Positions 17,643 to 28,857 are shown, counted from the stretch's first letter. The stretch is 64,000 nucleotides of DNA from Candidatus Bathyarchaeota archaeon (GCA_963782525.1 CAWAKC010000001.1:512001-576000), one strand, 5' to 3'. Numbers and translations: made by a program. The notes: a model not told the origin generated them from the letters alone.

Positions 17643-18710
17643 TTGGCCAATCTTACAGAAACAATCGAGCAAATTCTGAACTTAAACGCTGGCATTGCCG
17701 AAATCTTAGCATCCATATTTCTATTCACAGTTGTGGCTGTAATCGGATGGGCAATCTATTTTGTTTTCAACAGGTACTTTTCTAAATGGGCAGAAAAAAC
17801 CGAAACAACCCTCGACGACGACATCATCGATGCCGTTAAAAGCTTCATAGTGATTTTAGTCATAATACTCGGCATAGAGTATTCACTGCAACCGCTATCA
17901 TTCCTGCAATCCTACAACGCCACATTAAACAGGATATTCTTAGTAATAGAAATCTTACTAGGCGCATTCGCTACCACTCGCGTCTCAAACATATTTGCTG
18001 ATTGGTACGCTGACAAAGCTTCAGGGCCCGGGAAAAACAAACATCATCTCGTCTTTATACTTAAAAAAATCATACAAGCCATCGTTTACATCTCAGCTTT
18101 ACTTATAATTCTCTTTTTTGTTTTTAATGTTAAAGACTTCACTGGCGCAATCGTCGGTTTAGGAGTCGGAGGCATCGCAATAGCGTTTGCCCTGCAAAAC
18201 ACTTTAAGCGACTTCTTTAGCGCTTTCTCAATCTTTCTGGATAGACCCTTTGAAATTGGCGACTTCATAAACGTGGGAGAATTCAACGGCACAGTCAAAA
18301 GCATCGGAGTAAAATCCACTCGGCTCAAGCTGCTGTCAGGCGAAGAACTCGTCATCTCAAACAAAGAATTGACCACAGCCAGTGTTCGAAACTACCGTAA
18401 ACTGGAAAAAAGACGCATAGCTTTCAACATAGGAGTAACCTATGACACACCAACCGAAAAACTTAAAAAAATCCCACAAATCATAACTGCCATAATCAAA
18501 AACGCAGAAAACGTCGAGTTTGAACGCGTGCACTTCACTGAGTTTGGCGATTGCAGCCTAAAATTCCTCATCAGCTACTACGTAACAACTGCAGACTACG
18601 CTGTCTACCTTGACACTCAACAAAGTATCAATTTCGCCATCAGAGAAGCGTTTGAACATGAAGGAATAGAGATGGCGTTTCCAACCAGCACAGTATATCT
18701 CAAAAAATAA
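17643..18710 (+). CDS. mscS: Small-conductance mechanosensitive channel
   Basis: GLGVGGIAIAFALQ, DRPFEIGDFI, GIEMAFP. Confidence 0.95.
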   Translation: MANLTETIEQILNLNAGIAEILASIFLFTVVAVIGWAIYFVFNRYFSKWAEKTETTLDDDIIDAVKSFIVILVIILGIEYSLQPLSFLQSYNATLNRIFLVIEILLGAFATTRVSNIFADWYADKASGPGKNKHHLVFILKKIIQAIVYISALLIILFFVFNVKDFTGAIVGLGVGGIAIAFALQNTLSDFFSAFSIFLDRPFEIGDFINVGEFNGTVKSIGVKSTRLKLLSGEELVISNKELTTASVRNYRKLEKRRIAFNIGVTYDTPTEKLKKIPQIITAIIKNAENVEFERVHFTEFGDCSLKFLISYYVTTADYAVYLDTQQSINFAIREAFEHEGIEMAFPTSTVYLKK

Positions 18711-18740
18711 TTGCCCAAAAAAGGGTAAATTTTTTTGTGT

Positions 18741-19904
18741 TTATTCGAATGTGGCAGCGATTCGTTTGCAGGCTTCGGCGATGCGTTCTTTGGACTGTGT
18801 AAATGTTATGCGGGCGTATCCTTCACCGTATTTCCCAAAGCCATCGCCAGGCGTCACTGCTACACCTGCATCGAGGAGTTTAGCAACGAATTTCATCGAA
18901 TCGCATTTGCAGTTAACCCAAACATAGAAGGTCGCTTTTGGCTTTTCAACTTCGTAGCCAAGCTTACAAAGTGTGTCGACTAGTAGGTCACGGCGTTCCT
19001 GCAGAATCTGGTTGTTTTGCCTCAGAAAATCTGGAGCCTCACCGTTTCTATAGGACGCGAGGGCTTTCACCGCTACTTTTTGAGTATATACGGGTGGTCC
19101 ACTGTCGATTTGAGTTTTTATCTTAGTCAATCCCTCGACAAGCCTCTTGTTTCCAACAGCAAATCCTATTCGGTCACCAGTCATGTTAAAGGTTTTCGAA
19201 AGCGAATGAAACTCAATAGCGACATCTATGGCGCCGTCAACTTCCAAAACGCTCGGAGCGCGGTAGCCGTCGTAGGTGACTTCTGAATAAGCATTATCAT
19301 AGCATAACATCAAGTGGTTATCCGTGGCAAAATCAACTGCTTCCTTGAGGAATTTCTTGTCAACCGTCGCGGCAGTGGGGTTATTCGGGTAGTTTAGATA
19401 CATCATCTTTGATTGTTTTGTGTCGATTGCGTCAAAGTCGGGTTTGAACCCGTTCTCTTCCAACAATGGCATGGGTACAGTTACGCCATCGCAGAGAATT
19501 GTGCCGCCTTGAGCATAGACGGGATAAGCTGGGTCAGGGATCAAAACTTGGTCACCTGGGTTAATGAACGCTCGGGCGACGTTTGCAATGCCCTCCTTTG
19601 AACCTAAAAGTGCGACGACTTGGTCCTGTGGCAAGTCAACATTGAATCGTTTCTTGCACCACTCCGTCACGGCTTCTCTGAAGTCTGGCTCGCCTTGACT
19701 GAAGGAATAGTTATGATTCTTTATGTTACCTGCTTCTTCTTTGAGCGATTCGATTATGAAAGGTGGCGGGGGAAGGTCAGGGTCACCGATACTCAAAGAT
19801 ATTAGGTCGATACCGCAACGTTTCTTTTCTCTGGTAAGTTTTTCAAGTTCAGCAAAAAGGTACGGCGGTAACCTTTTAATTCGGTCTGCATACTCAAACG
19901 TCAA
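18741..19904 (-). CDS. dapL: LL-diaminopimelate aminotransferase
   Basis: LPPYLFA, GSKEG, NYPNNPT, HSLSKTFNMTG.RIG; last gene of the dap operon. Confidence 0.88.
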   Translation of the reverse strand: MTFEYADRIKRLPPYLFAELEKLTREKKRCGIDLISLSIGDPDLPPPPFIIESLKEEAGNIKNHNYSFSQGEPDFREAVTEWCKKRFNVDLPQDQVVALLGSKEGIANVARAFINPGDQVLIPDPAYPVYAQGGTILCDGVTVPMPLLEENGFKPDFDAIDTKQSKMMYLNYPNNPTAATVDKKFLKEAVDFATDNHLMLCYDNAYSEVTYDGYRAPSVLEVDGAIDVAIEFHSLSKTFNMTGDRIGFAVGNKRLVEGLTKIKTQIDSGPPVYTQKVAVKALASYRNGEAPDFLRQNNQILQERRDLLVDTLCKLGYEVEKPKATFYVWVNCKCDSMKFVAKLLDAGVAVTPGDGFGKYGEGYARITFTQSKERIAEACKRIAATFE

Positions 19905-19907
19905 TTT

Positions 19908-20735
19908 CTATAGCTCCTTGAATAGTGTTCCTTCATAAACTTTCTCAGCTACTCCAGTCAGGAACAGGGTTTTGGCGACTTCTACTTGGAGGTCTCCACC
20001 GAGCACGTGGACTGAAACTTTGTTGCCGACTTTTCCGAGCTTGCCAGCCGCTGCAACAGCCGCGCAGGTTCCTGTTCCGCAGGCTAGGGTTTCTCCACAG
20101 CCTCGCTCCCAAACCCGAACCTTAAGCTCATCTTTGTTTAGGACTTGGACAAAGCTAACATTGGTTCTTTTGGGAAAAGCCTGGTCGTTTTCGACGATTG
20201 GACCCATATAGTCAACTGGAAATTCATCCACATTCTCCACGAATATGACACAGTGGGGGTTGCCCATAGAGAGGCAGGTGATTTTGTAGGGTTCACCGTC
20301 TACTTCTAAGTTACAGTTTATGCATGTGCCTTCTCCCAGCATCGGAAGCGACGTTCGCTCCCAGTTGGGTGTACCCATATCGACTTTAACGGTTACAACT
20401 TCGCTTCCTTTTAGGGTTAACCATACATGCTTTATGCCCGCTAACGTTTCAACAGTAAACTCTGGTTTCTTTGCGACACCATTTTCGTAGCAGTACTTGG
20501 CAAAACACCGAATTCCGTTGCCACACATCTCTGCTTCGCTGCCATCGGCGTTGAAAATCCTCATCTTGACGTCGGCATCCGTTGAGTTGTAGACGAGGAG
20601 AAGACCGTCTGCGCCGACAGAGAAGCGCCGTTCACAAAGCTTCTTAGCTAAACCGGCGGTATCAATGATTTTTTGGTCTCGGTCATCGATTACAACATAG
20701 TCATTGCCCAAACCATGCATCTTCCAAAAACGCAT
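19908..20735 (-). CDS. dapF: Diaminopimelate epimerase
   Basis: KMHGLGND, EMCGNGIRC, GNPH, ERG.GETLACGTG. Confidence 0.97.
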   Translation of the reverse strand: MRFWKMHGLGNDYVVIDDRDQKIIDTAGLAKKLCERRFSVGADGLLLVYNSTDADVKMRIFNADGSEAEMCGNGIRCFAKYCYENGVAKKPEFTVETLAGIKHVWLTLKGSEVVTVKVDMGTPNWERTSLPMLGEGTCINCNLEVDGEPYKITCLSMGNPHCVIFVENVDEFPVDYMGPIVENDQAFPKRTNVSFVQVLNKDELKVRVWERGCGETLACGTGTCAAVAAAGKLGKVGNKVSVHVLGGDLQVEVAKTLFLTGVAEKVYEGTLFKEL

Positions 20736-22030
20736 CAGGGACCACTCTGCATTCGTTGACTATCCATCAAATCGCGCAGTTCCTCTCGCTTGCGAACCAA
20801 CACGTCCTTACCCTGTCGAATCATAACTTCCGCTGCTCTGGGGCGGGAGTTGTACTGGGAACTCATGCTAAACCCGTATGCGCCAGCGTTTAGAACAGCC
20901 AGTAAATCGCCCTCCTCAACCTCCGGAAGCTGGCGGTCATTTGCAAGCGCGTCGCCTGACTCGCAAATTGGACCCACCACATTGTAAGTTACCTTGTCAG
21001 CTTTGGCTAATTTGTTGGCAACTAAGATCGGGTGGTAGGATCCGTACATTGTGGGGCGAACAAGAGTGTTGAAGCCAGCATCTACGCCGACGTACTTGTG
21101 GGCAGGTGTAACCTTAACAGTGTTAACTTTGGTGAGAAGGATACTTGCGTCGCAAACTATGTACCTTCCGGGCTCTACACATAGAAACGGCTTACCTAAA
21201 CCGTATTCCTTGACTTTAGCCTTGAAGGGAGCAACGATTTTGCTGGAAAACTCATTTACGTCAAAGTCTTTGTCTTCTGGCTTGTATGGAACGCCGAATC
21301 CGCCCCCAATATCGATAAACTCGAATTCTATGCCCACTTCATCATGCACTCGCTTAGCTATGCTCAAGAGTTTTTCAACTGCCAACGCATAGGGTTCAAT
21401 TTCTAATATACCTGACCCAATGTGCATATGGATACCGAAACGTTCAACCCTTGCACGCTTCGCAATCGCATAAGCCTGAATGGTTTCTTCTTCCCAGAGT
21501 CCAAACTTGGATTCTGGACCTGCAGTTATGCAGTGGCTGTGGTGTCCTGCACCAACTTCAGGGTTAACACGAACCGACAGAATCGGCGGTACATTAATCT
21601 TTAGTAATCGGTCGAGTTCGGATTGGGAATCTACGTTCACAGTGATGCCTGCGCCGGCGAGAAAAGTTAATTCGTCTGTACGTACGCTAGTGCCAGTGAA
21701 TAGGATGCGGTCAGGTGTGAACCCGCTGCTTAAACCCATGAACACCTCGCCGGGACTAACTGTGTCTAAGTAGGCACCTTCTGACTGCATAATCTTTAGC
21801 ACTGTCAGGTTGCTGTTGGCCTTGCATGCATAGTAAACACGCAGGTGCTTGTAGTTGCTGATTAGGGCATTGTGGATGCGGTTATAATTGTCTCTGATAC
21901 GTTTCTCGCTCAGAACATACAGTGGCGTATCGTATTTTTCTGCTAATTCCTTAACTGAGGAGCCTTCAAAGAAGAGACTACCTTTTCGGTCTTCCAACGG
22001 TTCACGAAGCTTTCTCTTAACCATCCGCAT
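20735..22030 (-). CDS. lysA: Diaminopimelate decarboxylase
   Basis: YACKAN, HMHIGS, EPGRY, GPICESGD, YNSRPR. Confidence 0.97.
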   Translation of the reverse strand: MRMVKRKLREPLEDRKGSLFFEGSSVKELAEKYDTPLYVLSEKRIRDNYNRIHNALISNYKHLRVYYACKANSNLTVLKIMQSEGAYLDTVSPGEVFMGLSSGFTPDRILFTGTSVRTDELTFLAGAGITVNVDSQSELDRLLKINVPPILSVRVNPEVGAGHHSHCITAGPESKFGLWEEETIQAYAIAKRARVERFGIHMHIGSGILEIEPYALAVEKLLSIAKRVHDEVGIEFEFIDIGGGFGVPYKPEDKDFDVNEFSSKIVAPFKAKVKEYGLGKPFLCVEPGRYIVCDASILLTKVNTVKVTPAHKYVGVDAGFNTLVRPTMYGSYHPILVANKLAKADKVTYNVVGPICESGDALANDRQLPEVEEGDLLAVLNAGAYGFSMSSQYNSRPRAAEVMIRQGKDVLVRKREELRDLMDSQRMQSGP

Positions 22031-22064
22031 ACACCAGACTCTAATGTTACTGCTTGAGCGAAAT

Positions 22065-23123
22065 TTAAGCTAAACCATTCGCCACATACAACTCTGCACT
22101 TAAAATTCCGCCGCCTGCAGCACCCCGAACGGTATTGTGTCCAAGGCACATATACTTGAAAGTCATAATGGGGTCTTTGCGGATTCTGCCCACGACAACG
22201 CTTTGTCCTTTGCCGGCATCTCTGTCCAACCGTGGTTGGGGTCGGTTCTTTTCATGACGAACTATGATTGGCTGGGCTGGAGCAGATGGCAACTTGAGCA
22301 GTTGAGGTGCTCCCCTGAAGTCTTCGAATGCCGCTATAATTTGCTCAAGCGATGGGTCTTCGTCTAATTTCACGAATATGGATTCTAAGTGGCCGTCTTT
22401 TACGTTGACTCGGTTGCAGCTGGAGCTAAGCTTAAAATCAGCGTTCTGGATAACTCCGTGGTTAAAGATTCCAAGTATCTTTAGAGCTTCAGTCTCCATC
22501 TTATCCTCTTCTCCAGAGATGAAAGGAACGACATTATCGATAATGTCTAGGGAAGCTACGCCCGGGTAACCTGCACCGCTGAGTGCTTGCATAGTATTTA
22601 CTATAACCTGTTTTAAACCGAATTGCATGAGGGGCTTCAAGGTAATTGCCATTTGGATGGTGCTGCAATTTGGGTCTGTAGAGATAAATCCTTTCCATCC
22701 TCGAAGTTGCTGTTGAACCTTGATTAACTCAACATGGTCAGGGTTAATTTCTGGAATGATCAGCGGAACGTCTTTTTCCATTCTGTGGGCACTTGCCTTA
22801 CTAAACACCGGGTAAAAAGCAGCAAATTCTGCTTCAACAGGTCCAGCTAAATCACCGGGCATCGATGAGAAAATCAAATCTACGTCCCCAGCCTTTTCTA
22901 CGGATGCCACGTCAGCGTTGACTACGGGCATTTCCGCAATTTCTTTAGGCAGATCCGACTCCATGAGCCAGTTGCAGGCATCTTTGTATTTTTTTCCTGC
23001 TGACCGCTCAGAAGCGGCAAGTACATCAATCTTGAACCAAGGATGACCTTGCAGGAGTTGAATGTACCGTTGTCCAACGGCTCCAGTTGCGCCTAAGATG
23101 GCGACTTTACGTTTATTGGGCAT
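22065..23123 (-). CDS. asd: Aspartate-semialdehyde dehydrogenase
   Basis: GATGAVGQ, PNCST, QALSGAG, HNTVRGAAG. Confidence 0.97.
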   Translation of the reverse strand: MPNKRKVAILGATGAVGQRYIQLLQGHPWFKIDVLAASERSAGKKYKDACNWLMESDLPKEIAEMPVVNADVASVEKAGDVDLIFSSMPGDLAGPVEAEFAAFYPVFSKASAHRMEKDVPLIIPEINPDHVELIKVQQQLRGWKGFISTDPNCSTIQMAITLKPLMQFGLKQVIVNTMQALSGAGYPGVASLDIIDNVVPFISGEEDKMETEALKILGIFNHGVIQNADFKLSSSCNRVNVKDGHLESIFVKLDEDPSLEQIIAAFEDFRGAPQLLKLPSAPAQPIIVRHEKNRPQPRLDRDAGKGQSVVVGRIRKDPIMTFKYMCLGHNTVRGAAGGGILSAELYVANGLA

Positions 23124-23190
23124 GGGTGTTTCTTCCTTTGCTCTTTTCACTCTGTATATCGTTGATAAAAAAGTTAATGGTTTTGGCTCT

Positions 23191-23985
23191 TTAAGTTAAG
23201 CCTAAAACATCAGCCATACTGAACACTTTAGGCTCGTTTTGCTTGCTTAACCATTCAGCCGCATACACGGCGCCCTGTGCAAACACGCCCCGTGAGAATG
23301 CAGTGTGTTCTATGCGCAACATTTCGTGTGGACCTGCAACGATGACATCGTGGATTCCTGGCACTCCGCCTGCACGCATCGCTACCGATTCGAGCTCGGC
23401 TGGTTGTCGCGGGCTGATACCTTCCCTACCGTATACCATCTTTGTGTAACCCCGGGCTTGGGAAACTATTTGTTCAAGTTTCTTTGCGGTTCCAGATGGT
23501 GCATCCTTCTTCCCTGTGTGATGTATTTCGCTTAAGCTGAAATCATAACCCTGCGGAAACGATTTGAGTACTTCGACTAATTTGAAGAGTATATTGACGC
23601 CTACACTGTAGTTTGGCGAGAACACCGCCGGGATTTTTCCCGACATTGCAGCTATAACCCGCTGGTTTTGTTCTGGTGTAAAACCTGTAGTACCGAGGAT
23701 TATGCGTTTGCCTTGATTTACGACGATTGGGATGTTGATTAATTCTGCAGCTGGCGCTGTAAAGCTTATGTAAACGTCGGCGTCTTTGAGGGCCTCGCTC
23801 AGTTTGTCGGAGCTGAAGATTTTTGTATCGGAGTTAGCTACGTTTAATTCTTTTAGGTTTTTGCCGATGCCGGAAGCTGTGGGTGATTCGATGGCTCCTA
23901 CGATTTGGTGACCCTTGGAGATGGCTTCTGTGATGATGGCGTTGCCCATTCGTCCTGCAGCACCTGCGACACAGATCTTAACCAT
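23191..23985 (-). CDS. dapB: 4-hydroxy-tetrahydrodipicolinate reductase
   Basis: GAAGRMG, GTTG, EIHHTGKKDAPSGTA. Confidence 0.97.
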   Translation of the reverse strand: MVKICVAGAAGRMGNAIITEAISKGHQIVGAIESPTASGIGKNLKELNVANSDTKIFSSDKLSEALKDADVYISFTAPAAELINIPIVVNQGKRIILGTTGFTPEQNQRVIAAMSGKIPAVFSPNYSVGVNILFKLVEVLKSFPQGYDFSLSEIHHTGKKDAPSGTAKKLEQIVSQARGYTKMVYGREGISPRQPAELESVAMRAGGVPGIHDVIVAGPHEMLRIEHTAFSRGVFAQGAVYAAEWLSKQNEPKVFSMADVLGLT

Positions 23986-25015
23986 AGTAGAGACCTTCCA
24001 GGTACTTTTCGTTGTATAGTCTCTCTTTGAGGTCTACGCCAAAGTAGTCGGCGATGGGCTTTAGGATCTGCGGGTTGCTCTCGTAGACTTTTCGCGCGTT
24101 AGTTAAGACGACTTCTAAGCCACTGCGGGTCATCTTTCCCAGGGGTTGTCTGCATGAACCTGAAGGCATACCCAATACGTTCATGAGAGTCTTGTAGGCA
24201 AGGGGATTACGAGCTTTGCAAGCTACGGATCCATAAGGTGTTTGTTCCTGTGTCTTCACGGTAACTATATTGAAGAGGGGTTGGAGGGCTTGGGAAATTA
24301 CGCTTGCTGCTTCTTCATTGCCGTCGAGGATATAGTGTACCATGTCGACAACTGCGCTTGGAGCAACGTTTGAGACGACCGATATAACCCCGCTTGCAGC
24401 GATGTCGGGTGAAATCATCATAGTGTAAGTCTTATCGTCGTCGCCAGAGAGGATGTCGAAGTCTTCTCCGCAAAGTTGCCGAGTTAGCTCCATGTTCCTG
24501 AGGTCGCCCGTAGCTTCCTTTACGCATCGAACGTTCGGGTACAGTTGGTGCAAAACCGCGAGGTCTTGGGGGTAAAGCTGGGTTCCTGTCCTGCCTGGGA
24601 TAATATATGGGATAACTTGGACTTCTGGGAATTGCTGTGCGATGGGCTCGATGTATTCTCTGCGAATTTCAAGCGAGCTTGGCCCGTTGTAATATGGATC
24701 AACTAGTAGGACGGTGTTTACGCCAAAGTCGTATGCATGCTTAGTTCCATCGATTGCTTCTTGGGTTGAGTTGCTTCCCGTGCCCGCTATGGTCAGGCAT
24801 CTACTACTTGCATACTCATGTACTTTTTCGATGACTTCCGTGTGTTCGTTCCAATCTAAAGTTGGGCTTTCGCCGGTTGTGCCGACGGCTAATATGCCTT
24901 TGACGCCGTTTTTTATTTGGAAATCTACCAGTTGCTGTAATCCTTCGTAATCGACTTGGCGATTACGGTTCATGGGAGTTATTAGGGCTGTGTAACAACC
25001 ACTGAATGTAACCAT
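23978..25015 (-). CDS. dapA: 4-hydroxy-tetrahydrodipicolinate synthase (long variant)
   Basis: GTTGESPTL, GTGSNST, PYYN, Y.IPGRTG, VKEATG, SGDD. Confidence 0.95.
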   Translation of the reverse strand: MVTFSGCYTALITPMNRNRQVDYEGLQQLVDFQIKNGVKGILAVGTTGESPTLDWNEHTEVIEKVHEYASSRCLTIAGTGSNSTQEAIDGTKHAYDFGVNTVLLVDPYYNGPSSLEIRREYIEPIAQQFPEVQVIPYIIPGRTGTQLYPQDLAVLHQLYPNVRCVKEATGDLRNMELTRQLCGEDFDILSGDDDKTYTMMISPDIAASGVISVVSNVAPSAVVDMVHYILDGNEEAASVISQALQPLFNIVTVKTQEQTPYGSVACKARNPLAYKTLMNVLGMPSGSCRQPLGKMTRSGLEVVLTNARKVYESNPQILKPIADYFGVDLKERLYNEKYLEGLYYG

Positions 25016-25136
25016 TTTTTATTCCTCTTTTGGGTACGGAAGATTGGTTAACACATTATTTAAGCATTACGTTTTTCACATATTTTTTACTAAAAACGTA
25101 AATAATAACGAGTTAATGCATAAATCCAACTGCGAA

Positions 25137-25457
25137 TCAACCATTTTCGGAACCAAGCAATGGCTCAACATAATAAGCAGTAAAAATCCCATCACAAACC
25201 CCATAAATCCTTTCTAAATAACCAACTGCGTCCTCAAGCTCCAAAGCAGAAGGAATAATCGCCTTAAAATTGTCCAAACGCAAAATCTCCGAAAGCAACC
25301 CAACCTCTGTCTTCACAACCTTCAAACGCAGTGCATTAGATCCTGACTGGAAAACAGCGATTTCACCGGGCTTGGGGTTGCCTTTTCGGACATCGATTGT
25401 TTTTTGGCCGCTCATTAACCATTGGAATACTTCTTTTTTTGCAAGGAACCAGGGCAA
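25137..25457 (-). CDS. ASCH/PUA-like domain protein
   Basis: SGQKTIDVR motif. Confidence 0.75.
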   Translation of the reverse strand: MPWFLAKKEVFQWLMSGQKTIDVRKGNPKPGEIAVFQSGSNALRLKVVKTEVGLLSEILRLDNFKAIIPSALELEDAVGYLERIYGVCDGIFTAYYVEPLLGSENG

Positions 25458-25581
25458 TCAAATACCTAACCCAGATTGCCGTGGCTAGCAGATAAGTCTT
25501 CGGTCGAAAAACGAACATAGAATTATGATTTAAAATATGAAAAAATGAAAAATGGGTTGAAACGTAGTTTGCTGTTGTGAT

Positions 25582-25779
25582 TTACCCTTTGCCTTTCTCT
25601 TCTTTGCCGAAGTATTTGGTCCACTTCAGTTTGCGTGCGTCCCGTTTGAATGCTAAGCTGCTTTTCTTGCATTTGCTGGAATCGAACCATAGGATTGAGC
25701 CGTCATTTTTAACGAACATCATGCCTGTGCCAGCTGGGAAATCAGCACCACAGAACGAACATTTTCTCGGTTTTGGCAT
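25582..25779 (-). CDS. rpl24e: 50S ribosomal protein L24e
   Basis: CSFCG...[11 protein letters not shown]...SSKC...LKWT. Confidence 0.97.
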   Translation of the reverse strand: MPKPRKCSFCGADFPAGTGMMFVKNDGSILWFDSSKCKKSSLAFKRDARKLKWTKYFGKEEKGKG

Positions 25780-25798
25780 GACAAATTCTCCAAGTTAT

Positions 25799-26017
25799 TT
25801 ATCTAGTAAGTTTCTTTGCTTCTCGCTCAGTTTCTCGCAGCATCAGAATGTCTTGTGCTCTCACTGGTCCTTTAACGTTGCGTGTGATGATTCTGCCTTT
25901 ATCTTTGCCTTCCATGATGCGGACGCGGACTTGTGTGATTTCGCCAGTTACGCCAGTGCGACCTATGACTTGAATGACTTCCGACGGAATAAGTTCTTCA
26001 GCTGCTTCTTTACTCAT
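25799..26017 (-). CDS. rps28e: 30S ribosomal protein S28e
   Basis: [24 protein letters not shown]. Confidence 0.97.
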   Translation of the reverse strand: MSKEAAEELIPSEVIQVIGRTGVTGEITQVRVRIMEGKDKGRIITRNVKGPVRAQDILMLRETEREAKKLTR

Positions 26018-26397
26018 TACTGAGTTCCTCGTTTAACCTGGTCAATCCGTGTGACGATTTCTTTGAGTAAGCCTGCTGCTTCTCCTTCTCTAATGATGCA
26101 GGCGGCTGCACATGGAACGTCGATGCCGATGGATTTACCGAGTTGTTCTTTGCTTGGTACAAACACGTATGGTATTTTTCTTTCGTCGCAGAGTAGGGGC
26201 AGATGTGCTATAACTTCTGGCGGATCAACATCTTCAGCTATTACTACAAGTTTTGCTTGTGATCGCTCAACAGCTTTTGTAGCTTCGTTTGTTCCTTTCC
26301 TAACTGATCCTGATTTTGAAGCAATCGTTAGGGCTTCATAGGCTGCATCTACGATTTCTTTTGGGACTTCATATTTTACATAGAATGGTTTTGACAT
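26017..26397 (-). CDS. rpl7ae: 50S ribosomal protein L7Ae
   Basis: [25 protein letters not shown]. Confidence 0.97.
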   Translation of the reverse strand: MSKPFYVKYEVPKEIVDAAYEALTIASKSGSVRKGTNEATKAVERSQAKLVVIAEDVDPPEVIAHLPLLCDERKIPYVFVPSKEQLGKSIGIDVPCAAACIIREGEAAGLLKEIVTRIDQVKRGTQ

Positions 26398-26552
26398 ATT
26401 AGCCTCACCCTTTTAAGGCACAGTCTTATCCACGCTTCTTATTTAATAATCTTTCGACTACAAAACCACATACTTGTTCTTTCGGCTCATAAACAACTTA
26501 GAAAAGTTTATATAAACTGTTACGTTTTCCTACATGTTTTTCGAGAGGGGAA

Positions 26553-26807
26553 TTGCGTTTGCAAAGATTGGGCAAGGTTTCAAATGTAACTCCATCGCGA
26601 AACATGGTGGTAAAAACAGAAAATCCCCCGAAAATTGGTTTTGAAGTTGTCGACGAAAACTTGAATGTTGTTGGCAGCGTTTTTGACATAGTAGGACCTG
26701 TCTCCACTCCCTATGCAATAGTTAAGTCAAGCATTAGGGAACCTGAGAAACTAGTGAATAAACCGGTGTACTTGCTTCTCTCGAAAACAAAACGGAGCAA
26801 AAGATAA
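26553..26807 (+). CDS. gar1: H/ACA RNP protein Gar1
   Basis: [14 protein letters not shown]; conserved position upstream of tfb. Confidence 0.88.
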   Translation: MRLQRLGKVSNVTPSRNMVVKTENPPKIGFEVVDENLNVVGSVFDIVGPVSTPYAIVKSSIREPEKLVNKPVYLLLSKTKRSKR

Positions 26808-27787
26808 TGAGTAGAGCTAGCAAGTTACATGAACAAACAAAGGTAAATCCAGACCAAGTTGCACCTCAAGCAGAACCCCAGAAAGCGCGGGTCTGTCCTG
26901 AATGCGGCAGTCTGCGACTTATGCATGATTCTGAAGCAGCCGAGATAGTTTGCATGGACTGTGGAATTGTCGTGCAGCAAAAACTTGCCGACCGTGGACC
27001 AGAATGGCGAGCTTTTGATGATGAGCAGAGGTCAAAGAGAACTCGTGTTGGGGCGCCTCTAACATACACCATTCATGATAAGGGATTATCGACAACGATC
27101 GACTGGCATGACCGAGACATCTATGGGAAAAGCCTCTCGCCAGGTCAGAAAGCACAAGTTTATCGCCTGCGGAAATGGCAACGCCGCATCAGAGTTTCAG
27201 ATGCAACCGAACGAAACTTAGCGTTTGCACTATCCGAAATCACAAAGATTTCTAACAACCTTAACCTTCCTAAGAACATTCTTGAAACGGCCTCAGTGAT
27301 TTACCGCAAAGCAGTAAAAGAAAAGCTTATTCGGGGCAGATCAATCCAAGGCGTCACTTCAGCAGCCATCTATTTAGCTTGCAGACAATGCGGTTTACCC
27401 AGAACCCTCGACGAAATCGCTCAATCGTCAGGAGTTAACAAAAAAGAAGTTGGGCGGAGCTATCGTTTCCTAATCCGAGAACTAAACTACTCCATCCCGC
27501 CATTACGACCAAGCCAGTACATAACAAAGTTTTCTAACCAACTCACGATGCAGGGAAAAGTAGAGGAAATCGCCCACAAAATCTTGGCTGCAGCAAAAGA
27601 ACTCAAACTCACCTCAGGCAGGGGACCAACAGGCATCGCTGCTGCAGCAAGCTACGTTGCATCTGTCTTAACGGGTGAACGCAAAACGCAAAGAGAAATC
27701 GCTGAGATTGCGCAGGTCACAGAGGTTACTATTCGGAACCGGTACAAGGAACTGGTTGAACGCTTAATGTTCCAAATAAGCATTTAA
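26807..27787 (+). CDS. tfb: Transcription initiation factor IIB
   Basis: Zn ribbon CPECG...CMDCG, GPEWRAF, two cyclin repeats, [13 protein letters not shown]. Confidence 0.98.
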   Translation: MSRASKLHEQTKVNPDQVAPQAEPQKARVCPECGSLRLMHDSEAAEIVCMDCGIVVQQKLADRGPEWRAFDDEQRSKRTRVGAPLTYTIHDKGLSTTIDWHDRDIYGKSLSPGQKAQVYRLRKWQRRIRVSDATERNLAFALSEITKISNNLNLPKNILETASVIYRKAVKEKLIRGRSIQGVTSAAIYLACRQCGLPRTLDEIAQSSGVNKKEVGRSYRFLIRELNYSIPPLRPSQYITKFSNQLTMQGKVEEIAHKILAAAKELKLTSGRGPTGIAAAASYVASVLTGERKTQREIAEIAQVTEVTIRNRYKELVERLMFQISI

Positions 27788-27817
27788 TCCCCACATTTTA
27801 TTTTTTAGGTTCTGTCA

Positions 27818-28108
27818 ATGACTTTTTTTGATTCAAAACTTTCTGATAAGCCAAAATTAGAAGATTCGATTGCTAAACTCGAAGAAACCCAAGTCGGCTT
27901 TAAGCAAAACCTTGCCAACCTCCACCGTATGATAGAACTGCTCGAGTCCAAGCCTGAGTTGCAGGACGACATCGAGATTTTAAAGAAGGATGTTGAGTCA
28001 AGAGCCAGCGACCTTGAATACGAAATTAAGCAGCTACAGGAAGACCTCAAGTCCATTCGGGAGCTTTTAGACATGAATCTGGATAATCATAATTCACGCA
28101 AAACTTAA
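27818..28108 (+). CDS. Hypothetical coiled-coil protein
   Basis: Heptad-rich acidic helical ORF co-oriented after tfb. Confidence 0.6.
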   Translation: MTFFDSKLSDKPKLEDSIAKLEETQVGFKQNLANLHRMIELLESKPELQDDIEILKKDVESRASDLEYEIKQLQEDLKSIRELLDMNLDNHNSRKT

Positions 28109-28156
28109 TTAATAATAAGCAATTTTTTTAAGCATGCACGTTGCTAATGCTAAGTT

Positions 28157-28771
28157 ATGCCCTATAAATTCACCTTCGACCTCTCAAAGGTCCCACGGTT
28201 CTTCTTCACCGAAATCGCCATGATTAGTTACCAGAAGGGCATGCATAAAAGTTTCCTGACGACACTTAACGATTTGATTCTCAAATTTAAAATTCAAGAA
28301 GCAACCGGACTTAACCTCTCTGATGCTGTGGCTTTGCTTCAGGACCTGATTGATTTACAGGCAATCAACAGCACACAAAGAGGCAAGTTTTTGCAAACCA
28401 AGAAGAGAGCAATTTTCCTGCCTCATTGCTCAAGAAAATACATGGATAACCGCTGCAAAGCTATGTTCAATGCGGACATCCCAAGCTACTCGTGTTCACA
28501 TTGCTCGGAGGATTGCATGGTAAACAAGGCAGACGTATACGCGAGAAAAAAAGGCTATGACGTTTACTTATTGCCTGGTGGTTCCTGCATCCCCAAGATA
28601 CTCAAAAATAGGCATTATGAAGGAATCGTTGGGGTGGCATGCGGGGAAGAAATGAAAATCATGGGTCCGCTTCTCAACGGCATGAATGTATCGGGACAAG
28701 GCATACCGCTGATAAAGAACGGCTGCGCAAGCACCGTTTTCAACATGGAAACACTCAGAAAAGTGCTCTAA
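28157..28771 (+). CDS. DUF116-family Cys-rich protein
   Basis: FLPHC, C..C...C, PGGS, GIVGVAC, NGC. Confidence 0.85.
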   Translation: MPYKFTFDLSKVPRFFFTEIAMISYQKGMHKSFLTTLNDLILKFKIQEATGLNLSDAVALLQDLIDLQAINSTQRGKFLQTKKRAIFLPHCSRKYMDNRCKAMFNADIPSYSCSHCSEDCMVNKADVYARKKGYDVYLLPGGSCIPKILKNRHYEGIVGVACGEEMKIMGPLLNGMNVSGQGIPLIKNGCASTVFNMETLRKVL

Positions 28772-28857
28772 TCACCAGTCGATTGCTCAATTGTGAGTTT
28801 AACAGTTAGCAAAGCTTAAATGCTAAACGATAACAAGAGAGAACTTGTCTGATATTC

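Noticed and set aside
25016-25136. Possible lysine riboswitch upstream of dapA
   Set aside because: Too short and AT-rich, no L-box structure
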